Assembly: GCA_045599185.1 (NCBI GenBank)
Contig: JAZRVO010000021.1
Span: 11,282-75,281 of the forward strand
Length of the DNA: 64,000 bases
Direction of reading: 5' to 3'
From: Treponemataceae bacterium
GTDB lineage: Bacteria; Spirochaetota; Spirochaetia; Treponematales; Treponemataceae
In this document: piece after piece, positions 26,786 to 34,152 of the stretch
Numbering within the stretch: position 1 is the first letter of the stretch
Layout: every line of letters starts with the position of its first letter
Notes under the pieces: model-generated
The model's database searches: none
What the model saw: the letters and a program-made list of their open reading frames with translations, nothing else
Told to the model about the DNA's origin: nothing
Made by a program: the position numbers and the translations under genes

Positions 26786-26992
26786 ATGGCAACAATTCAG
26801 GTTGACGATTCAGAAAACCTTGAAAAAGCAATCAAACGTTTTAAACGTATGGTTGAAAAAGAAGGCATCATTCGCGAATACAAAAAACGTGAATATTTCG
26901 AAAAACCTTCTACAATTCTTCACCAGAAGAAAACAACTTTGGAACGCAAACTTTTGAACAAAAAACGTAAGTCTGAAAAAAAAGACTACTAA
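26786..26992 (+). CDS. rpsU: 30S ribosomal protein S21
   Basis: 68-aa basic ORF ([29 protein letters not shown]) with an AGGAGG 8 nt upstream of the ATG. Confidence 0.95.
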   Translation: MATIQVDDSENLEKAIKRFKRMVEKEGIIREYKKREYFEKPSTILHQKKTTLERKLLNKKRKSEKKDY

Positions 26993-27010
26993 GTTCTGTT
27001 AGTTCTATAA

Positions 27011-27044
27011 AAAATCCTTTCAGCAAGCTGAAAGGATTTTTTTT
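27011..27044 (+). terminator. rho-independent terminator after rpsU
   Basis: ATCCTTTCAG-CAAG-CTGAAAGGAT followed by T8. Confidence 0.88.
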
Positions 27045-27203
27045 GCCTTTTTAAGCTGGCGGTTATTTTTTTACGATGATTCTAATATAAAAGTTTTACA
27101 CTTCTTCATAGCCAGCAAATAAAAAATATAAGATACAATCAATCCGCATCTAGTTTTCATTTTTTCTTGTATTTTATTTATAAGAAGATTGATACTTTCT
27201 CCC

Positions 27204-27225
27204 AAGGCTTAATCTGTCATTCCGA
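27204..27225 (+). other. decayed copy of the tRNA-Pro 3' end (T-arm plus acceptor strand)
   Basis: CTGTCATTCCGA (27214-27225) is identical to tRNA positions 16816-16827. The upstream AAGGCTTAA-T aligns to CAGGTTCAAGTC with a 2-nt gap. Same strand as the tRNA. Confidence 0.55.
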
Positions 27226-27423
27226 ACTGGTTAGCCTTCGGCGGCGGCGCACGGAATCTGCCCGGCTTAATGTTGGATTCTGTACAAAGCCGTAACAGGC
27301 TGTCAATTTCAGCAAGATAAATGGAATTTTTTCAGGCGGAGCGTTTTTTAGAATTTAGTTCATTGCAGAAATTTTTGCAGTACGTTTTTTAAGCAAAATA
27401 TTCTGGATTTCTGCGCGGAATAT

Positions 27424-27455
27424 GGCACATTCTTCTGCCAACAGAAGAATGTGCC
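27424..27455 (-). terminator. perfect 14-bp hairpin downstream of the deacetylase gene (no U-tract)
   Basis: GGCACATTCTTCTG-CCAA-CAGAAGAATGTGCC, 20 nt after the stop at 27475. Neither strand has a following T-run. Confidence 0.45.
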
Positions 27456-27474
27456 GGTAAAAGACGGGTAAAAA

Positions 27475-28200
27475 CTATACGGCAGGCGGAACAAAAAGAA
27501 TGTCACGCTGCAAAAGTTCGTCAATAAGGCGTTCAAAATAACCGGCGGCGTTTTCTTCCGTTTCTACGTGGTCGTGAATAATGATTATTTCTTCAGCTTC
27601 CACGCCTTCCGGGGCACAGCACACGACCGGTGCAGGTTTTACGGCATTGCCAAAAGCTAACTGCACGTTGGCAAGACTGTTTTCTATAGTAAACTTATTG
27701 CCCGGCCTTATGCAGTATTCCTGAAAATCAAAAGTCCACATGGTATCAACTTTTTTCAGCTGGTCAGCGCCAATGCCGCAGCGGGCATAGGATTTTGCAT
27801 TGATGCCGGTGTTTTTAAGGGTTACAAAACCATTGCATCGCAGATATTCCTGAATTTTTTCTGCATTTTTGCCGCCCTGATCGCCATAAGGAAAGCGGAA
27901 CATTTTGAATGGGCGCTGGATATTTGCCATTGCATAGGCTTTTGCAAGCAGTTCTTCGTTCTTTTCAATTTCTGCACATGCCTGTTCAAAGCTTATTTCG
28001 CTAAAATGCGGATGGCTGTAACTGTGGTTTTGCAGAATCATTCCGTGCAGAAGGGCATACACAGCGCCTTCAAAGTTTTTCTCTAAGAATTCTCCCCAGC
28101 AGAACATTGTTGCCTTTATTTTTCTTGAATAAAGGTAGTCTACAAGTATGCCATTGCGCATGGTCGGCACGTCGTCAATTGTCAAATAGGCAGGTATCAT
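27475..28200 (-). CDS. polysaccharide deacetylase (NodB-homology) family protein
   Basis: 241-aa ORF with TIDDVP (Asp-Asp motif) and HSYSHPHF (His-His motif). No signal peptide. Confidence 0.8.
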   Translation of the reverse strand: MIPAYLTIDDVPTMRNGILVDYLYSRKIKATMFCWGEFLEKNFEGAVYALLHGMILQNHSYSHPHFSEISFEQACAEIEKNEELLAKAYAMANIQRPFKMFRFPYGDQGGKNAEKIQEYLRCNGFVTLKNTGINAKSYARCGIGADQLKKVDTMWTFDFQEYCIRPGNKFTIENSLANVQLAFGNAVKPAPVVCCAPEGVEAEEIIIIHDHVETEENAAGYFERLIDELLQRDILFVPPAV

Positions 28201-28233
28201 TTTTTCCCCTTTTTCTGTGTTGTTTTTTGCGGT

Positions 28234-29274
28234 TTATTTGCCGCAGTACGGCAAAAGTTCTATCAGTTTGTCCACCGCTTCCGGCGCAGTTGCCCAGCTT
28301 GTTGCAAAGCGCACAACGGTGTGTTCTTCGTCATATTTTTCCCAAAAGCTGAATGATACGGATTTTTTCAATTCTTCCATTAAAGCGTCGGGCAAAATTA
28401 CAAACTGCTGGTTTGTCGGTGAATCAATAAAGAACTGATAGTTTTTTTCCTTAAAGGCATTTTTCAATTTTTCGGCCATTAAAATTGCATGGCGGCTTAT
28501 CTGCATGTACAAGTCGCTGGTAAAAAGCGTATCAAACTGTGTGCCAAGCAGGCGGCTTTTTGCCAGCAGCGCACCGTGGCGTTTTACAAAATTGTCAAAA
28601 TGCGGCGGCATGTTGTTTTTGGTATAAACTATTGCTTCGCCGCAAAGTGCGCCAACTTTTGTTCCGCCAATTGAAAAAACGTCCGTAAGTTCGGCAATTT
28701 GCGAAAGATTCAGGCTGACGTTAAGGCTTGCAAGCCCATAACCAAGCCGGGCACCGTCCATGTAAAGCGGCAGCTTGAAGTTTCGGCACACTTCCGAAAG
28801 TGCTTTCAGTTCTTCAAATGTATAAAGCGTACCGTATTCGGTAGGGTGCGAAATGTAAACCATTCCCGGAAAAACCATGTGTTCGTGGTTCTGGTCGGCG
28901 TAAAAGTTCTGTACGTAGCTTTGCAAAACACCGGCATTCAGTTTGCCGCTGCTGTGCGGCAACGGCAGAACTTTATGACCGGTGTATTCAATTGCGCCTG
29001 CTTCGTGGCAGCCTATGTGACCGGTTTCGGCACAAACCACGCCTTCAAAACTTTGCAGAAGTGAATCTATTACTATCTGGTTACACTGAGTTCCGCCACA
29101 TACAAACTGTATCTGGGCATTGGGGCAGCCGCAGCTTTGTGCTATTTTCTGCTTGGCGCTTAATGTAAACCGGTCATAACCGTAGGAACTAGTCTGTTCA
29201 AAGTTGCTTTTTGCAATGTTTTCCAGTATCTGCGGATGCGCGCCTTCCGTGTAATCGCTTTCAAAATTCAGCAT
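28234..29274 (-). CDS. PLP-dependent threonine aldolase / beta-eliminating lyase family protein
   Basis: 346-aa ORF with N-terminal FESDYTEGAHPQIL, a DGARL block and FSIGGTKVGALCGEAIV carrying the candidate PLP lysine. Confidence 0.7.
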   Translation of the reverse strand: MLNFESDYTEGAHPQILENIAKSNFEQTSSYGYDRFTLSAKQKIAQSCGCPNAQIQFVCGGTQCNQIVIDSLLQSFEGVVCAETGHIGCHEAGAIEYTGHKVLPLPHSSGKLNAGVLQSYVQNFYADQNHEHMVFPGMVYISHPTEYGTLYTFEELKALSEVCRNFKLPLYMDGARLGYGLASLNVSLNLSQIAELTDVFSIGGTKVGALCGEAIVYTKNNMPPHFDNFVKRHGALLAKSRLLGTQFDTLFTSDLYMQISRHAILMAEKLKNAFKEKNYQFFIDSPTNQQFVILPDALMEELKKSVSFSFWEKYDEEHTVVRFATSWATAPEAVDKLIELLPYCGK

Positions 29275-29343
29275 TTTTCTTCCCTTTTATGTTGTTTTAT
29301 GTTGGTTACAAACTGCGGTTTTGTTCCAATTCGGCCGGATGTT

Positions 29344-29727
29344 TTATTCGCATATTTCTATTTTGTTGCCGTCAAAGTCTATTATGCAGCTTTCGTAATA
29401 GCCGTCGCCGGTTGTGCGCGGCTCGCTCGCAACGGTAAAGCCGTCATTTTTTAACCGGGCTGTCAATTGGTCTACGGCTTCCCTGCTTCCGGCACTGAAT
29501 GCTATGTGGTTGTATCCTGCGTGTTCGGTGCCGGTTTGGCCGGGTAAAACAGCAGGTTTCTGCATAATTTCAAGGCGGGCACCATCCTGAAAGGTTAAAA
29601 AGTACGAAGAAAACTGTGTTTTCGGATTTGTGTATCCGTCATTTGGTTCTGCACCAAAGTATTTTACAAAAAAGTTTTTAGCCCTTTCCAGGATGCTTAC
29701 GTACATGGCGCAGTGTTCTATTTTCAA
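29344..29727 (-). CDS. VOC (glyoxalase/bleomycin-resistance/dioxygenase) family protein
   Basis: 127-aa ORF. Size and paired beta-alpha-beta-beta-beta pattern fit the family (HCAMYV...HIAFS...[19 protein letters not shown]). Confidence 0.75.
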   Translation of the reverse strand: MKIEHCAMYVSILERAKNFFVKYFGAEPNDGYTNPKTQFSSYFLTFQDGARLEIMQKPAVLPGQTGTEHAGYNHIAFSAGSREAVDQLTARLKNDGFTVASEPRTTGDGYYESCIIDFDGNKIEICE

Positions 29728-29738
29728 TTTTTTTTACC

Positions 29739-30812
29739 TTAATGTGGAATTTCTGAGCTGAATGCCACTACCTGATTTCGGCCGTTGCGCTTGGCTTCGT
29801 ACATGGCTGTATCTGCTTTTTTGATTATTTCGTGGTAGTTTGCGCCGTGATAAACGGCTGTGCCAATACTTACGGTAAAATGGCAGATGCCGTTTTCGTA
29901 CTCTTCTACCCTTTGCCTTATTTTTTCTGCTACTGCTTCGGTCTGGTTTTCATCAGAATTTGGCAGAATTACTACAAATTCTTCACCGCCCCATCTTATT
30001 ACAATATCCGAATCGCAGATGCAGCTGTTTATTATTTTTGTAAGCTGCACCAGTACCTGATCTCCAACGTCGTGGCCGTATTTGTCGTTTATTTTCTTGA
30101 AAAAATCCAAGTCCATCAGCATAATGCCGGCTTTTTCCATGTGAAAAATGTCTGTGCCTTTTATGCAAAGGTCTGCAATTTTGTTGCGGTTAAAGGCGTG
30201 GGTCAGCTGGTCATGCATCATGGCGCTTTCCAGCTTAAGCTGAAGGCGATACTGTTCGGCGTAAGATGATTCAAGTATGTGTACCACAACTTCGCTTCCA
30301 ACAAGGCACGGTATGCCAAGGGTCATCATAAGGCTTATGCTTTCGTAGTGGTTTATCGGGTACGAAACAAGAATGTCGGCCATTAAAAGCGCATGAAAAA
30401 ATACAGACCATCGCCTTGGTGCGCAGAATCCGTAAGCAAGAAACATCAGCTGCATGATAATAAAGCCTTCGTTTGCGTGCTGTTTTATCGGAAGATAATA
30501 AATTGCCCAAATGGTGCACCACATTATGCCGTGCAGCATGCAGTAGGAAAATGGTATGACTATTTTATAATTGTTTACCCGGCGTACCGTGTATATGTAC
30601 ACAGTAAGAGGCAAAAGCATGAAAAAACGCGGAATGAATGTTTCACGAGCAAGGCGGCCAAAAAGCTGACAGTCGGAAATCCAGTAAGTTGTGCTGGCTA
30701 AAACAGAAATTATTATTGTCCATTCTGCCATTTTTCTGAAATAATCGTACTTTGACTGATAGAATGCATCTCTGTCTTCTTTTGTAAGCCGTGCTATGTA
30801 GTCCATAATCAT
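29739..30812 (-). CDS. membrane-anchored GGDEF diguanylate cyclase
   Basis: 357-aa ORF. The N-terminal ~190 aa carry about 6 hydrophobic helices. The C-terminal part has DLDFFKKINDKYGHDVGD and an RWGGEEFVVILP active site. Confidence 0.9.
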   Translation of the reverse strand: MIMDYIARLTKEDRDAFYQSKYDYFRKMAEWTIIISVLASTTYWISDCQLFGRLARETFIPRFFMLLPLTVYIYTVRRVNNYKIVIPFSYCMLHGIMWCTIWAIYYLPIKQHANEGFIIMQLMFLAYGFCAPRRWSVFFHALLMADILVSYPINHYESISLMMTLGIPCLVGSEVVVHILESSYAEQYRLQLKLESAMMHDQLTHAFNRNKIADLCIKGTDIFHMEKAGIMLMDLDFFKKINDKYGHDVGDQVLVQLTKIINSCICDSDIVIRWGGEEFVVILPNSDENQTEAVAEKIRQRVEEYENGICHFTVSIGTAVYHGANYHEIIKKADTAMYEAKRNGRNQVVAFSSEIPH

Positions 30813-30847
30813 AAATTATACATCGATTATATATTTTGCGCTAGCAC

Positions 30848-30920
30848 GCTTGTGCTATTTACTTTTTCTCTAACTGCCATTGATGTAAGCACAAGGCACA
30901 GTTTGCATCCGCAAACTCTG
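30848..30920 (-). repeat. structured intergenic repeat family, locus 3 (one module plus hairpin)
   Basis: GCTTGTGCT...AGCACAAGG module (30848-30896), then AGTTTGC-ATCC-GCAAACT (30900-30917). The module closely resembles module C at 8.8 kb in reverse complement (TTGTGCTTACAyCAA, AAAGyAAATAGCACA). Confidence 0.8.
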
Positions 30921-31054
30921 CCCTTTTTTTGTTTTTTTCTTTAACAAAATGCATTTATTGAATTCCCAATAAGCGAAGTCTGGTATTTTTCAGTTTGTGC
31001 TTGTGTTTAATAGTTGTTTTTTGTAAAGTTTAGAAAAGTTTTTTGAGAGGTTGT

Positions 31055-31492
31055 ATGAGAGGACTTGTTCAGAGAGTGCAATATGCAAAATGCGTGGTAG
31101 ACGGCAAAACTACCGGCGAAATTGGCAAGGGCTTTTTGCTTTTGCTGGGTGTTACCCACAGTGATACGAAAGAAAGCGTAGAAAAACTTGTTGAAAAGGT
31201 GCACAAACTGCGCATTTTTGAAGACGAAAACGGAAAAACCAACCGTTCCCTTGATGATGTTAACGGACAGCTGCTGGTAATTTCGCAATTTACCCTTTAC
31301 GCAGACACCAGCCGCGGTGCGCGCCCCGGTTTTGAACCTGCGGCAAAAGCACCACAGGCAAACGAACTGTATGAATACTTTTTAAACAGATGGCAGGCTC
31401 TGTATGGTGACGTTCAGCACGGCATTTTTGGCGCTGATATGAAAGTTTCACTTTTAAATGACGGGCCTTTTACCGTTATGCTGGAAGTTTAA
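31055..31492 (+). CDS. dtd: D-aminoacyl-tRNA deacylase
   Basis: MRGLVQRV...GKGFLLLLGVTHSDT...SQFTLYADTSRGARPGF. I chose the ATG at 31055 rather than the ORF-track TTG at 31043. Confidence 0.95.
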   Translation: MRGLVQRVQYAKCVVDGKTTGEIGKGFLLLLGVTHSDTKESVEKLVEKVHKLRIFEDENGKTNRSLDDVNGQLLVISQFTLYADTSRGARPGFEPAAKAPQANELYEYFLNRWQALYGDVQHGIFGADMKVSLLNDGPFTVMLEV

Positions 31493-31560
31493 CAGCCTGA
31501 ACATTGATTTTCTGATGAAAAAATTCAGGCTGAAAACTTTCCGCTTACAAATCCTTCTAT

Positions 31561-32211
31561 TTAATAGTAAATTTTTACCATTCCCAAATAGCGCGGTTCG
31601 TTATAAGAAACTGAACCGCTGCTGTCAACAACGGCAAAAGCAAAGGCGGCCACATACCAGGGACCATCGGAAGTTACCGTGCCTTCAAAGTCACCGATAC
31701 TATCATTCCCCGGATAATAGGTTGAATTAAACTGAAAGTTACTGCTTCCGTTAGCACGCTTATAGCCGCTTTCTGAATAAATAGTTTCTTTAAACAGCCT
31801 GATTGTTACATTCTGATTAGAAGAGCTAGGAGGAACCGAAATATCATTACCACCAAGTTTTTTATAATTATAATTGTCCAGCTTATTTTTTCCGCCAGAA
31901 CCTGCTGCAACAACTGAAGAAGCCTGACTGATGCACGTAGAACGGTCGCTGTAAATTCTGTAATAAATTGCCGTTCCCCTATAAATGTTTCCGGCCGGCT
32001 GGTTATAATAACTGGAATCCAAAGTTGTAAAACGGTACAAATTATTTACAGGGTCGTCGCAGTTTGGAGATGTAACACTGCCACTTGAAGAGCCAGAAGA
32101 ACCAGAACTGCCACCGCCGCCACCGCTTACACCACAGGCAGAAAGTACAAAAATTAGGGAAATACCAAACCAGGCTGAAAATAATTTAGAAAAGTAACAG
32201 TTTTTTTTCAT
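31561..32211 (-). CDS. putative lipoprotein with Gly/Ser linker
   Basis: Signal peptide with a lipobox (FVLSA|CGVS), followed by GGGGGSSGSSGSSSGS and a Tyr/Asn/Ser-rich beta-type domain. Confidence 0.7.
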   Translation of the reverse strand: MKKNCYFSKLFSAWFGISLIFVLSACGVSGGGGGSSGSSGSSSGSVTSPNCDDPVNNLYRFTTLDSSYYNQPAGNIYRGTAIYYRIYSDRSTCISQASSVVAAGSGGKNKLDNYNYKKLGGNDISVPPSSSNQNVTIRLFKETIYSESGYKRANGSSNFQFNSTYYPGNDSIGDFEGTVTSDGPWYVAAFAFAVVDSSGSVSYNEPRYLGMVKIYY

Positions 32212-32365
32212 AGACTGATAAGAGAACCAAAAAAATACAGTTTTTTTGGGTTTAGGTTAAGCGCAACGCAGAAATTGCATTAAGTTTTTCTGCACTGAAA
32301 GAAACACCAAAAGGATTTTCAGCGTTTCGTAACATACAAAGCAGCAGACACATAAAGCCTGCTGT

Positions 32366-32397
32366 AACAAAAAAGCCTGCCGTTTGTAGCAGGCTTT
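32366..32397 (-). terminator. rho-independent terminator after the TPR gene
   Basis: AAAGCCTGC-loop-GCAGGCTTT, followed on the minus strand by TTTTTGTT. Confidence 0.8.
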
Positions 32398-32405
32398 CAT
32401 ATCAC

Positions 32406-33101
32406 TTAAAGTTTTCCGTTAATTTCAAGGTTCAGCAATCTTGTTTTTGCCAAAGATGTCCAGCCGTCATTAGGAAAAGCTTCAGAAAGCTTTTTATAAG
32501 CTTCTGCGGCTTTATCAATATTTCCGCGTGTTTCTTCAATGCGGCCAATATTGAACAATGCACGAGGAGCCGCAACAAAGTTTTCTGTATCAGCAGCCGT
32601 CTGCAAATATTTCACGGCAGAATCCAAATCGCCCATTTCTTCGCTACAAACACCACACTGGTAATAGCAGATGCCGGCTGTATAAGCCTTTGTATTTGCA
32701 TTAACAGCATCCAGCCAGTACTGACAGGCATTTGAATAGTCAGCTTTTGCAAATGCAATTTCTGCCATAAGCATTTTTGCACGAACAGCAACAACGCCCT
32801 TTGAATTTGCATCAGCAACTGCTTTTGCACGTTCAAACAAGGCACTTTCTTTTGCTGTCAATTCAGCATCTTTCAAAACAGATCTTGCTTCAGAAAGTTC
32901 GTAAGTAATTGAATCGATTTCTGTAAGACCAGTCTGTACTTTTTTGGTAGTTACGCTGGAAATTACCAAAACCAAAGCAACGGCAACAAGAAGTGCCAGA
33001 ATAATTCCTAAAAACAAAAAGCGAAATTTAACCAGAAACTGGCTCAACTTATCAGAAAAGCTAACTTTCTCTTCTTTTTTTGCTTGTTCGTTTTGTGACA
33101 T
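32406..33101 (-). CDS. membrane-anchored TPR-repeat protein
   Basis: 231-aa ORF with one N-terminal TM (FLFLGIILALLVAVALVLVISSV) followed by TPR-like Ala/Tyr-rich helical repeats. Confidence 0.75.
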   Translation of the reverse strand: MSQNEQAKKEEKVSFSDKLSQFLVKFRFLFLGIILALLVAVALVLVISSVTTKKVQTGLTEIDSITYELSEARSVLKDAELTAKESALFERAKAVADANSKGVVAVRAKMLMAEIAFAKADYSNACQYWLDAVNANTKAYTAGICYYQCGVCSEEMGDLDSAVKYLQTAADTENFVAAPRALFNIGRIEETRGNIDKAAEAYKKLSEAFPNDGWTSLAKTRLLNLEINGKL

Positions 33102-33109
33102 ATTATCTC

Positions 33110-34057
33110 CTACTTTATCTGCAATTCCTTAATCAGTCGCGACAAATACGTTCGTTGAATTCCCAGCACTTTTGCAGCCTCAGTCTGATTCCATCTGACT
33201 TCATTCAAAATTTGCAAAATGTACTGTTTTTTAAAACGGTCAACCGCTGATTTAAGGCTTTTATCGCTATCGTTTAAATTATCAGAAAGCGGCAATATAT
33301 TCAAGCTGTTAAGGCGCAAATGGTCTTTTTCAATTACCGGCGGCGGCGCATTAAAGCATGCACTTTCAATGCATGAAGAAAATTCTAAAAAATTGCCATT
33401 CCAAAATGAATTTTTCAGAAGGTTTGCTGCTTCATCAGAAAAACCGGTAAAATGCTTATTGTACTTTTTAGAAAAAATTTCCAAAAACATTGCCGCCAAA
33501 TCCTCAATATCCTCCTTACGCTGACGAAGCGGCGGCACATTTAACGGCAAGTTGGAAATTAAATTAAAAAGTCCGCGGTTAAAAGTTCCGCCATCAGCCA
33601 AATCTTCCAGATTATTCTGCGAAGAAAAACTGAAACGGCACGAATACTTTTCAATATTTTCAAATAAAAACAACTGAATATCTTCAGAACTTTCATCAAT
33701 TTCGTCAAAATGCAGCATGCCCGGTCTGGTTTCTAGCAAATCAGTTAAAAACGCAAGCGTAAGGATTTTGCAATTAAGCCGCATAAAAACAGATTCCGAA
33801 TTCTGACTGCATTTATGCAGATACCGGGCAAAAAAACATCGTCCAGAATTTTGGTCTCCGTAAAAAAGCAGAGGACTCTGACTGTTTTTTAATGCTTCCA
33901 AAACAGATACAAGGCTTTTTGCAGCCGGACTGTTTGCAACCAATTCTCTTTGCTCGCTTAAAACGAAAGTTGAATTTGTCATATTTTCACTTTTACAAAA
34001 AAAATGCATTGTCTTTGCGACAATGCATTTTAGAACAAAACGGTGAACTAAAGGCAA
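33110..34057 (-). CDS. sigma-54 activator-like protein with degenerate AAA+ core and Fis-type HTH
   Basis: The C-terminal HTH (WNQTEAAKVLGIQRTYLSRLIKEL) and the PPLRQRKEDIEDLAAMFL block are typical of enhancer-binding proteins. The Walker A position reads GDQNSGR and there is no GAFTGA. The start is uncertain: candidates are the ORF-track start at 34057 and ATG codons at 34009 and 33982. Confidence 0.65.
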   Translation of the reverse strand: MPLVHRFVLKCIVAKTMHFFCKSENMTNSTFVLSEQRELVANSPAAKSLVSVLEALKNSQSPLLFYGDQNSGRCFFARYLHKCSQNSESVFMRLNCKILTLAFLTDLLETRPGMLHFDEIDESSEDIQLFLFENIEKYSCRFSFSSQNNLEDLADGGTFNRGLFNLISNLPLNVPPLRQRKEDIEDLAAMFLEIFSKKYNKHFTGFSDEAANLLKNSFWNGNFLEFSSCIESACFNAPPPVIEKDHLRLNSLNILPLSDNLNDSDKSLKSAVDRFKKQYILQILNEVRWNQTEAAKVLGIQRTYLSRLIKELQIK

Positions 34058-34120
34058 GCTAGCACTTTAAACTTTAACTTCGCCGCTTTTAAAGTTTGCG
34101 GTAAACCTTAAAACAGAAAC

Positions 34121-34145
34121 TGAAGCGTAGCAAAACCACGCTTCA
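34121..34145 (-). terminator. hairpin after cmk-rpsA
   Basis: TGAAGCGT-loop-ACGCTTCA, 8 nt after the stop, followed on the minus strand by the U-rich GTTTCTGTTTT. Confidence 0.5.
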
Positions 34146-34152
34146 AATTAAA

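Noticed and set aside
27071-27160. 29-codon minus-strand ORF (MKTRCGLIVSYIFYLLAMKKCKTFILESS), a possible small hydrophobic or type I toxin-like peptide
   Set aside because: It has no Shine-Dalgarno and no obvious antisense partner. The hydrophobic stretch is too short for a TM helix, and the ORF lies in AT-rich DNA where such ORFs arise by chance.
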